From NCBI GenBank assembly GCA_964615185.1, contig CAZTOS010000002.1, forward strand, positions 1 through 34,294: a stretch of DNA of 34,294 bases, written 5' to 3'. Under the pieces are notes generated by a model. It was not told the DNA's origin and did no database searches. It saw nothing but the letters and a program-made list of their open reading frames with translations. This document shows positions 26,406-34,294 of the stretch, piece after piece; position 1 is the first letter of the stretch; every line of letters starts with the position of its first letter. Position numbers and translations under genes: made by a program. The stretch is from an uncultured Thermococci archaeon (lineage in GTDB: Archaea; Methanobacteriota_B; Thermococci; Thermococcales; Thermococcaceae).

Positions 26406-27593
26406 TCATGAGCTTCTCTTATCCAGCTCCCTCTTCAGCCTTAAGTACTCTTCATGAGCTTTTCTTCCTTCTTTTTTCTTCCGCCATTCATAGAGTGAGG
26501 CAAAGACGAAACTAATCCCAAAAGCAAGAGAGAGTTGGTACAACAATTCGTTATTTACAGGGAGAATATCTTCATCATCAGGAATTTTATCATGGTCTTT
26601 ATCGTAGAGCGGATTCACGAACACATGATATCCATCGAAAATAAGCTTTCCATCCTGAGAAATCTGAAAGTATCCAATTGGCCTATTGTAACGGGCAATA
26701 ACTTTCCCGTTAGTATCAAGGATTGTGAAGGAATCTGCTTCGCTCAAATAAACCTTTCCATTCTTGTCTATGTGAGCGTAAAAGTTGTAAAAGCTGATTC
26801 CATCCTTTTTGAAGATGATTTGATTCTTTGAAGATACTTCTTTTATCCATAATTCATTACCGCTCATGTCAAAGAGACCATACCAGTTGCTTCCCCGCAT
26901 TAAAATGTGGTGACAGTTTGTATCCAGTGCAGATACGTCATTCTCAAGCTTCCAAAGAAAATTCCCAGAAGGGGAGAACGCCACTACTCCATATCTTCTC
27001 ATATTTTCAGTGCTCACTATGATTAGCTTCTCACACGAAAGTACAGCGTAAGGATTTCCCTCAATCGTTTTCTTCCAAAGCAGATTGCCGTTAGTGTCGA
27101 GGGCAAAGATGTTTCCTTTGTCAATTCCAAGAACTCTGCCATTAGAGTAAGTTAAGGCGAAAGCGGAAATATTCTGCCGCCAGAGAAGCTTTCCATCGAG
27201 GGAATATGCGGAGATAAAACTCTGTGTATGTATTGTTGAACCTTTTATGTTGAGAATTTTTGACTCACTAACAAACAATGTGTTATCAGCAACTGCAAAG
27301 GAATATACCTTAAACTTCGTCTTAAACCTCTTTAAAAGCTCTCCTCTCTCTGAAAATATCATGATAATGCTTCCTTCATTTGAAAATATGCTTAAATTTG
27401 TTTCAGCTACCACAAGCTTGTCATCATAAAATTTGCCTCTAATAAAACCCCCGGTGGTGAATTTGTCAAGACTCCAGATAGGCTCATATGCTTGGCTTTT
27501 TGTATAGTCATAGTATCTCATGAGAGGGATAAGTGAAAGCAGAATAAAGCTTCCTAAGAAAATCTTCACCCACCTTTTCATTACCACTCCCAT
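26406..27593 (-). CDS. Membrane-anchored PQQ-like beta-propeller protein
   Basis: Repeated ALDxxGxLLW-type motifs, N- and C-terminal hydrophobic helices. Confidence 0.8.
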   Translation of the reverse strand: MGVVMKRWVKIFLGSFILLSLIPLMRYYDYTKSQAYEPIWSLDKFTTGGFIRGKFYDDKLVVAETNLSIFSNEGSIIMIFSERGELLKRFKTKFKVYSFAVADNTLFVSESKILNIKGSTIHTQSFISAYSLDGKLLWRQNISAFALTYSNGRVLGIDKGNIFALDTNGNLLWKKTIEGNPYAVLSCEKLIIVSTENMRRYGVVAFSPSGNFLWKLENDVSALDTNCHHILMRGSNWYGLFDMSGNELWIKEVSSKNQIIFKKDGISFYNFYAHIDKNGKVYLSEADSFTILDTNGKVIARYNRPIGYFQISQDGKLIFDGYHVFVNPLYDKDHDKIPDDEDILPVNNELLYQLSLAFGISFVFASLYEWRKKKEGRKAHEEYLRLKRELDKRSS

Positions 27594-27626
27594 GAATACT
27601 AAGAATTCACACTTAAAAAGTTTATC

Positions 27627-30600
27627 TCACTCAAGCTCCCCAATCATAGCCATTATCTTCTTATGTAACTGCTTAATCAGCTCTCTCCTGTCTTCCATAA
27701 GCACAACATCGCTCGCTCCAATAACTTCAAGGTTGAAGGCGAATGGACTTGGTAGCTCATTTTGTTCAAAAACGACTTTTATCTTGCCATCTTTAACCCA
27801 GTTCAAAAACAGCTCAGCATTTTCAATGTCCATCTTATCCTCCATGATCTCGCGGTAAACTTCTTTGAGGAGCGGAAAGTCTGGATAGTTCTTCTTGAGG
27901 AGTCTTAATAATGTTTGGGCATTCAGTTGCTGCCTGCTCAGACTTTTCTTCCTGCCCATGTATCTCCTTAAAATCAGCAAACCCCTGTTGGCGACGTGCC
28001 TAAATCTTCTCTTCAACAGCTCTGTGTTGTCCAAGGCTCTCTTAAGGGTTTCTCTTAAATCCTCAAGCTGAAACAAGGATTTGATATCCTTTTCACTTAA
28101 TCTTTTCTCTCTCGGCAAAATCAACATAAAGCCGTTGTCACTTATCGCTATTCTCACGTTACACCTCTTCTTTTTGCTCACGAGGTAAGCAAAAGCCCTG
28201 CTCAAAGCTTCATTCGCTCTCCTTCCTATCAGCGTGTGGAAGAAGTACTTCGCCCTTCTCTCCTCCAAAACCTCCTCAACCAGAAGGATTTCATCATCTG
28301 GAATTGTTGAATACTTTGCTTGCTCTCTAAAGTAGCTTAGAATTGCTTTTGCTGCTTTCTCATCTATTTTGTATTTCTCCATTAGGATTTGCTCTGCTTT
28401 GGGATTATCCAAAAGTTCTTTAATCTCCCTTCTAAACCTCTGCACGTCCAAGGCTAAATCAAAGCTCAACGGCAGCATTTCAGAGAACCATGCCGGAATT
28501 GTGGGCCTTGCTCCCTCTTTAGGCTCAACATAAATCCTGTTGCCCCTTGATTTTTTAAACTCATAGGTTCTTCCAGCTAAAACAAAAATATCTCCTGGCA
28601 TTAGTCTTTCGGCAAACTCCTCCTCAACAGTGCCGATGAATCTCTTATCGAGGGTGTAAACTTCGATTTTAGCCTCATCTGGAATTGTACCGGTGTTCAT
28701 GTAGTAAATTGCCCTCGTCATCTTACCTCTTCTTCCAAATTTGCTCTCCTTTTCATCGAGCCAAATCTTGGCGTAAACCTTCTTCTCCTCCAAACCAGCG
28801 TATTCTCCAGCTAAGTACCTTAAAACGCTCATGAAATCATCAAAACTTAAGTTTCTGTAGGGATAAGCCCTTTTCACAAGTTTATAAGCCTCTTCAATAT
28901 CCCAAACTCTCTCCAATGCCATGCCAAGAACATGCTGGACAAGGACATCAAGGGGATTTTGCGGGATTTTAATTCTGTCCAATCTTCTATTCCTCGCATT
29001 GTAAGCCAAGACAGTGCATTCCACCAAATCATCCCTATCCAACACGAGAATTACTCCCTTGCTAACTTCATGAAGTCTGTGGCCAGCTCTCCCTATCCTC
29101 TGCAGAGCTCTGTTCACGCTCTTTGGTGAGCCTATGAGGACAACTAAATCTATTGTGCCTATGTCAATCCCGAGCTCCAAGCTGGTTGAGCTGTTTTTCG
29201 AGACAAAGCCATTAACGACGTAGTTTCCGGTTTTGGAGTTTAGTATACCGTAGGCATCTGCAATGAAAACTGACTCGACGGATTCAATTCTATCAAAGAA
29301 AACATCTCCCTCGGCAAGTTTTCGAAGCTCCTCAATCTCAGGAATTATGCTGTCTACCTTCCTCTCCCTGGCAATCCTTTCGTAAAAATCAAGCAGTCTT
29401 ACAAGATTTCTCCTGCTGATTTCACGAGTTCCGAGTTCGACTTTAATGGGATTGTACATCCCCATCTTTTGGAGTGCATAGGAGCTGATGCCAAGTGCCA
29501 TTCTAATCTTCCTCAGGCGATGGCTGATTCCGGGGATCACATCAGAGTTGGAATACCCTCTATCGGTGAGTTTTCTTATTCTCTCAAGCCCAGAACGCCA
29601 GGGTTCAATTAGCTTTCCAAACTTCCTGAGATATTCTCCACCCAAGATGGCGATGGTGTAAGATGTTCCAGTCTTTTGTATCTCCCTGCCTTTGAAGAAC
29701 TGCTGTTCATTGTAGCGCCTCATCCTGATAGATGCAACGATTCCAAGCTGGAGCAGGAGATTGCGTATCCCTTCGGCAAATTCGGGATTGAATGTAATGA
29801 AGCCGGCCGAATATACACGCCTGCCCTCTTTTATCTCAAGGTATCCGTCACCATCAAAGTAGCCTGAGAGAAACTGGATTTTATGCTCTTTTGGAAGTCG
29901 GTAAAGGATCTCCGGAAATCTTCCATTGGTAGATTTCTTACCATCATTCCCCACGAGTCCTTTGAAGATGTGAAGGAGTACGTTAAATGAGAGTTCAAGT
30001 GAGTACGTGCTCTCGTTTTGCTTTCTTATGCTCCCCTTGATTCCAAGTTCCTCTCTGGCTAGCTTGGCATAACGCTTGATCATGTCCAAGTCGCTGGAGA
30101 ACAGCGTTATCGTCCCACCTTTCCAGGAACCGTCAGCAAGCCAAAAACCCAGCAACCTGGCCAGTCCAGGTGTAAATTTCTTCGGAAGTTCATAACAGTT
30201 CTTGTCTGAGGTTATTTTCTCCACGTCGTTTTCTTCAATGGTCATGCCGATTTCGCTGAGAATTAGCTTTAATTTGCTCCATCTGAAGGGATATCTCCCT
30301 CCAAGCTGCTTGGATAGATAGTCCCTGCTTGTGCCTATCCGTTCTGCAAATGCCTGGATTGAGCCAAATTTAGCCTGAATGTTCCTCTTCAACTCCCTTA
30401 AAAACTCGATTCGTAGATGCAGATAAGCGGAATCTGGAAGGATTTCAAAAATCGATACTTCTTCATCTGGACTTGGTAATCTGCGCAGGACTCCAATGTA
30501 ATCTCCCGGTTTAAACTTCTCAGCCTCAATCCAGGTGAGCTTTCCTTCCTTTATTGTCAGGAACTTGTGTTCTTGAGTGGCTTCAACTTCAAAGCCGAGC

Positions 30601-31796
30601 CTTGTCTTGAGCTTGATTCCAGTGGAGTTATATTCAATCCGATGAGTTCCTCCAGACTCTACAAAACGGCTCCTTACCTCTTTAACTCCCACAATCCTAT
30701 CATTCTTTTTAAGTCCATCGATTCTTTTAATTCCCTTTGAGGTAGCAACTTTAGAATGACCCGGAACGCACACAACAGCTTTAAGCTCTCCCTTCTTCAG
30801 CTTCTCCTCAACCTCCAAGCGGACATCTCTTGAGAGGCTTGAATGATGAGCCTCTATCAGCTCGGTATATTTTGGAAATCTCTTCTTGAGATGATAAGCG
30901 ACCCTCTCAGCACCGCTCCTTGTGTTGGTAAAGATGAGCGTTGTCCTGTGCTGTTCAATGAGCTCATCCAAGCGCTTATACAAAGCCTCACTTAGTGTTG
31001 CCGCATCTGTATAAACTAAATCCTCAACAACACTTTCTACTTTGATCTCAGTTTTCTTTGCAAAGCTGACATCAACAATTAAACCAGAACGGGGAGTCCC
31101 ATCATCGTTGAATCCAAAAACAAATTTGGCAACCTCTTTGAGGGGATGAATAGTAGCACTGAGGCCAATTCTAACGAAATCGCCGGCTAAATTCTGTAAC
31201 CTTTCAAGGCTGAGCATTAAATGGGTTCCTCTCTTATTCTCAGCTAAGGCATGGACTTCATCGACTATGACGTATTTGACGGTTTTCAACCTCTCGCTGA
31301 ACTTTGGAGCGTTTAAAGCTATGGCCAAGCTTTCTGGTGTTGTAATTAGTATATGGGGTGGCTTTTTGACCATCTTCTGCTTTTCATAGCTTGAAGTATC
31401 GCTTGTTCTCACTGCTACTCTTATCTCTGGCAAGTCATAGCCCATCTCTTGAGCAACTTCTCTAATTTCTCTGAGGGGCTCCTCTAAGTTCCTTCTAATG
31501 TCGTTGTTCAAAGCTCTAAGGGGCGAAACATAAAGAACGTAGATTTTATCCTCAAGCTTACCCTCTTTTCCCAATAAAATAAGCTCGTTTATGGCAGCAA
31601 GAAAAGCGGATAAAGTTTTTCCGCTGCCCGTTGGTGAAGAAATGAGAACATTCTCTCCTTTGTGAATCTCAATGACTGCATATCTCTGAGGGGGTGTAAA
31701 TGTTCCAAACTTTCGTCTAAACCACTCTCTAACCGGATCAACTACTATCTCGTAAATCTCCTCGTCTGTGTACTCTCTCTGGGCAAACCTTATCAT
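27627..31796 (-). CDS. lhr: Lhr-family SF2 helicase containing an intein (863-aa extein)
   Basis: FTPPQ, SPTGSGKT, SPLRALNND, DEVH, GLSAT, HHSSL, TSLELGIDIG, QRIGRAGH. Confidence 0.95.
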   Translation of the reverse strand: MIRFAQREYTDEEIYEIVVDPVREWFRRKFGTFTPPQRYAVIEIHKGENVLISSPTGSGKTLSAFLAAINELILLGKEGKLEDKIYVLYVSPLRALNNDIRRNLEEPLREIREVAQEMGYDLPEIRVAVRTSDTSSYEKQKMVKKPPHILITTPESLAIALNAPKFSERLKTVKYVIVDEVHALAENKRGTHLMLSLERLQNLAGDFVRIGLSATIHPLKEVAKFVFGFNDDGTPRSGLIVDVSFAKKTEIKVESVVEDLVYTDAATLSEALYKRLDELIEQHRTTLIFTNTRSGAERVAYHLKKRFPKYTELIEAHHSSLSRDVRLEVEEKLKKGELKAVVCVPGHSKVATSKGIKRIDGLKKNDRIVGVKEVRSRFVESGGTHRIEYNSTGIKLKTRLGFEVEATQEHKFLTIKEGKLTWIEAEKFKPGDYIGVLRRLPSPDEEVSIFEILPDSAYLHLRIEFLRELKRNIQAKFGSIQAFAERIGTSRDYLSKQLGGRYPFRWSKLKLILSEIGMTIEENDVEKITSDKNCYELPKKFTPGLARLLGFWLADGSWKGGTITLFSSDLDMIKRYAKLAREELGIKGSIRKQNESTYSLELSFNVLLHIFKGLVGNDGKKSTNGRFPEILYRLPKEHKIQFLSGYFDGDGYLEIKEGRRVYSAGFITFNPEFAEGIRNLLLQLGIVASIRMRRYNEQQFFKGREIQKTGTSYTIAILGGEYLRKFGKLIEPWRSGLERIRKLTDRGYSNSDVIPGISHRLRKIRMALGISSYALQKMGMYNPIKVELGTREISRRNLVRLLDFYERIARERKVDSIIPEIEELRKLAEGDVFFDRIESVESVFIADAYGILNSKTGNYVVNGFVSKNSSTSLELGIDIGTIDLVVLIGSPKSVNRALQRIGRAGHRLHEVSKGVILVLDRDDLVECTVLAYNARNRRLDRIKIPQNPLDVLVQHVLGMALERVWDIEEAYKLVKRAYPYRNLSFDDFMSVLRYLAGEYAGLEEKKVYAKIWLDEKESKFGRRGKMTRAIYYMNTGTIPDEAKIEVYTLDKRFIGTVEEEFAERLMPGDIFVLAGRTYEFKKSRGNRIYVEPKEGARPTIPAWFSEMLPLSFDLALDVQRFRREIKELLDNPKAEQILMEKYKIDEKAAKAILSYFREQAKYSTIPDDEILLVEEVLEERRAKYFFHTLIGRRANEALSRAFAYLVSKKKRCNVRIAISDNGFMLILPREKRLSEKDIKSLFQLEDLRETLKRALDNTELLKRRFRHVANRGLLILRRYMGRKKSLSRQQLNAQTLLRLLKKNYPDFPLLKEVYREIMEDKMDIENAELFLNWVKDGKIKVVFEQNELPSPFAFNLEVIGASDVVLMEDRRELIKQLHKKIMAMIGELE
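29193..30770 (-). mobile_element. Intein (526 aa) with LAGLIDADG homing endonuclease, inserted at motif V of Lhr
   Basis: KAVV/CVPGHS...VVNGFVSKN/SSTSLELG. Block B ATQEHKF; endonuclease motifs LLGFWLADG and FLSGYFDGDG. Confidence 0.95.
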
Positions 31797-31889
31797 CGAA
31801 CTAACCTCTTTAGGTTTGATTTTTAAACTCTTCGGTTAGTCTAATAAACTTTTTAAATCGAAAAATTAAACCTCAATTAAGGTGGGAGT

Positions 31890-32171
31890 ATGGAAATCCT
31901 AAAGAGAGTTATCGAGGAGTTTAATAAATATCATGGGAGTGAAGCTCAGGCTAAAATTATCAAGGCTGAGAGAGATGAGGTTATCATTGAGTTTAACGGT
32001 TCATTCTGTAAAACCTGCGGACTTTACGATTACTTTGAGGATATAAAGTGGGAAGCCATGAAGTTTGGATTAAATATTGAGCCTGTTGAAGTTTTAGAAA
32101 GCGAGGAAGAGTTCGAGAAGGGAAGATATCTGGTGAAGTATAAGCTCAAGGGTGAACAATCTTCTCGATAA
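31890..32171 (+). CDS. Small CxxC protein (hypothetical, NifU-C-like)
   Basis: VIIEFNGSFCKTCG; GGTGGGAG RBS. Confidence 0.75.
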   Translation: MEILKRVIEEFNKYHGSEAQAKIIKAERDEVIIEFNGSFCKTCGLYDYFEDIKWEAMKFGLNIEPVEVLESEEEFEKGRYLVKYKLKGEQSSR

Positions 32172-32595
32172 GCTCAATAACCTTAGGAACGGCATTTTCA
32201 ACTTCTTTGCTTAATTTCATTCCCAGTTCAACTTCTTTGGCAACTATCCCTATAAAATGAATCTCTGCTTTTGCTAATCTTTCATCCAATACCATCATCA
32301 GCTTTAACCCGTCAATTGCACCCATGAAATGAGCACTTCTTATCTCAGCTTTGAGCTTCTCAAAGACTTCTTCGCCCTTCAGATGAATTATTTTTCCGGG
32401 CTCAAATTTTTCACTCAGAATTGCATCAATTATCACAATTCTCTCCTCTCCGTTGTAATAATTTTGGAGCTTGAAAATATCAGTCCCAACTTCAAGAACA
32501 TTATACCCTTTTTCTGCTAAAATTCTCCCTATTTTAAGCCCAACACCGTCGTCTCTCATGAGTTCGTTGCCAAGAGCGAGGATGAGGGTTCCCAT
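32146..32595 (-). CDS. Hydrogenase maturation protease (A31 family)
   Basis: ALGNELMRDDGVG, IVIIDAI, SAH. Start moved to ATG 32595. Confidence 0.93.
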   Translation of the reverse strand: MGTLILALGNELMRDDGVGLKIGRILAEKGYNVLEVGTDIFKLQNYYNGEERIVIIDAILSEKFEPGKIIHLKGEEVFEKLKAEIRSAHFMGAIDGLKLMMVLDERLAKAEIHFIGIVAKEVELGMKLSKEVENAVPKVIELIEKIVHP

Positions 32596-33019
32596 ACAAC
32601 CACCAAAATAGAATTTAGACAAAGAAAATTTAAAGCTTCACAACATGGACATTCTCCTGTAGCAACTTTACATATCTCATTCTTATCGGAAAGGCTTAGT
32701 GGTGGTATAAAACAGCCTCTCTAAATCCTTAATTTGCCAACCAAAGGTTAAAATGCATTTGTTTACCTTGACTAATGTGAGTACACAAAACAGTTTTGCT
32801 TGCTTTTAATTGCTGAAAAGGAAATATCACAGATGTTAAAAATTCAGTGCAACGTGCATTGTTGTCCATTGGCTATTACACCTTTGGTTAAGAAAACTTT
32901 GTTTCAAAAACGCTTTTATAACCTCTTTTGAAAAATGTAAAATGACAAGAAGTATTCATTTGGACGTAAAAGGGCCTTATAGCTCAAATCAATACTTAAC
33001 TACCCAAAGTGATGTGAAA

Positions 33020-33397
33020 ATGTTGAAAGTTGAGCTATGTATCGGATGCACAGCATGTGCAAATGTATGTCCTTTTGACGCTATCAGGGTAGTTGACAAT
33101 AGCAAGAGAACAATACACTTTTCTCCAGAAAACTGCGGTAACTGCAGCTTTGAGTGCAACGAGGTATGCCCAACAAAAGCAGTTCAAGGGAAGCCGGATA
33201 AAATAACCTTAGAATTTGAATATGCCCACTGCCTCGAATGCGGCAGAAAGATGATGTGGACTAAAAAAGAAGCTGAATATTATGCTCAACAGCTACTCAA
33301 AATGGGTGAAAAAGTTGAGTTTGCGTTTATCTGTGACGAATGTAAGATGAAGAAGATTTCCTCTGTATCTGACAAATATGAAGGGTATTTAATTTAG
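33020..33397 (+). CDS. 4Fe-4S dicluster protein
   Basis: CIGCTACANVCP, CGNCSFECNEVCP, plus CLEC and CDEC. Start moved to ATG 33020. Confidence 0.9.
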   Translation: MLKVELCIGCTACANVCPFDAIRVVDNSKRTIHFSPENCGNCSFECNEVCPTKAVQGKPDKITLEFEYAHCLECGRKMMWTKKEAEYYAQQLLKMGEKVEFAFICDECKMKKISSVSDKYEGYLI

Positions 33398-33409
33398 GAG
33401 GTGAATTTA

Positions 33410-34294
33410 ATGAAAGGTATGAGGTTCGCTTTCCTATGTAGAGAAAAACCTGAGCCAACAGGAAAAAAAGTCGCAATAATTGGTGCAGGGCCAGCCGGAT
33501 TAAGTGCCGCAGGATATTTAGTCTGTCACGGGCATGAGGTTCACATTTACGACAAGCTACCAGAGCCCGGTGGATTAATGCTCTTTGGAATTCCAGAGTT
33601 TAGAATACCCATCTACAGGGTCAGAAAGGGATACGAGGAGCTCGAAAATGTTTTTGAAGTTAAGTTTTTCCCCAAAACCAAAGTTGCCTTTGGAAACGGT
33701 GAGGAGGAAGGAGATAAGTTTGTTGAAAATACCGTGAATTTCAATGAGCTGGTTGAAAAATACGATGCCGTTCTAATTGCCACAGGAACTTGGGAATCAT
33801 GGATGCCAAACATTGAGGGTATTGAATTGGAGGGGGTTTATCCAGCTTTGGACTACCTCTTCAAAATCAAATCGGCAAGGCTCGGCCACATAAGTTGGGA
33901 TGAAGTTCCTCCAATTGATGGAAAGAGAGTCATGGTAGTAGGAGCCGGACACACGGCTGTAGATGCTGCTATGGAAAGCTTACTTCTTGGAGCAGAGAAG
34001 GTTTACATGAGTTATAGAAGAACCATAAGGGAAGCTCCAGCCGGTGCTTATGAGATAAACCTCCTTAAGCAGAGAGGGGTTAAGTGGCTCGAGCTTACAG
34101 TTCCAGTGAAAATAATTGGTGAGCATGGAAAAGTCATTGCTATTGAGTTACAAAAATGTAAGCTCGGAGAGCCAGATGAAAGTGGAAGGAGAAGACCAAT
34201 TCCAGTCGAAGGTTCAAACTTCCAAATTGATGTAGATTACGTAGTCTTTGCAGTTGGGCAGAGGCCAACACCACCCTTTGCTGAAGATGTTGGA
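33410..34294 (+). CDS. Glutamate synthase beta-chain-related FAD/NADPH oxidoreductase (3'-truncated by the window)
   Basis: Not in the ORF track. ATG after GGAGGTGA; VAIIGAGPAGLSAA, GGLMLFGIPEFR, VGAGHTAVD, YRRT. Confidence 0.92.
   Translation, partial: MKGMRFAFLCREKPEPTGKKVAIIGAGPAGLSAAGYLVCHGHEVHIYDKLPEPGGLMLFGIPEFRIPIYRVRKGYEELENVFEVKFFPKTKVAFGNGEEEGDKFVENTVNFNELVEKYDAVLIATGTWESWMPNIEGIELEGVYPALDYLFKIKSARLGHISWDEVPPIDGKRVMVVGAGHTAVDAAMESLLLGAEKVYMSYRRTIREAPAGAYEINLLKQRGVKWLELTVPVKIIGEHGKVIAIELQKCKLGEPDESGRRRPIPVEGSNFQIDVDYVVFAVGQRPTPPFAEDVG

Noticed and set aside
1..34294. tRNA, rRNA, IS elements or integrases
   Set aside because: None recognised; intergenic gaps are short and AT-rich, with no GC-rich structured RNA stretch or transposase motif.

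Overview
Archaeal chromosomal DNA typical of Thermococcales (GGAGGTGA/GGTGA RBSs, BRE-TATA promoters, Thermococcales-type CRISPR repeat, Lhr intein). Left end: partial cas2 beside a one-spacer CRISPR mini-array, a BMP-family nucleoside ABC operon, an orphan metal-binding SBP, a surface zincin and a purine PRTase. Next comes an accessory patch next to cysS with an M20-peptidase remnant, an archaeal ATPase and a frameshifted type IIG restriction-modification gene. The middle holds FKBP, a CPBP protease, a GNAT-ABC ATPase fusion and prolyl oligopeptidase. A second accessory patch has two more archaeal ATPases plus gene debris. The right end has a beta-propeller protein, intein-containing Lhr, a hydrogenase maturation protease and the start of a Fe-S/flavin oxidoreductase operon. 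Most notable: each of the three ATPase-wHTH genes has its own tandem palindromic operator-like array at its promoter. One of them sits between direct repeats in which a paralogue's C-terminal codons (FERL) double as the BRE/TATA of the next gene, suggesting self-regulated, exchangeable single-gene cassettes. All calls come from reading motifs by eye; no database searches were run.
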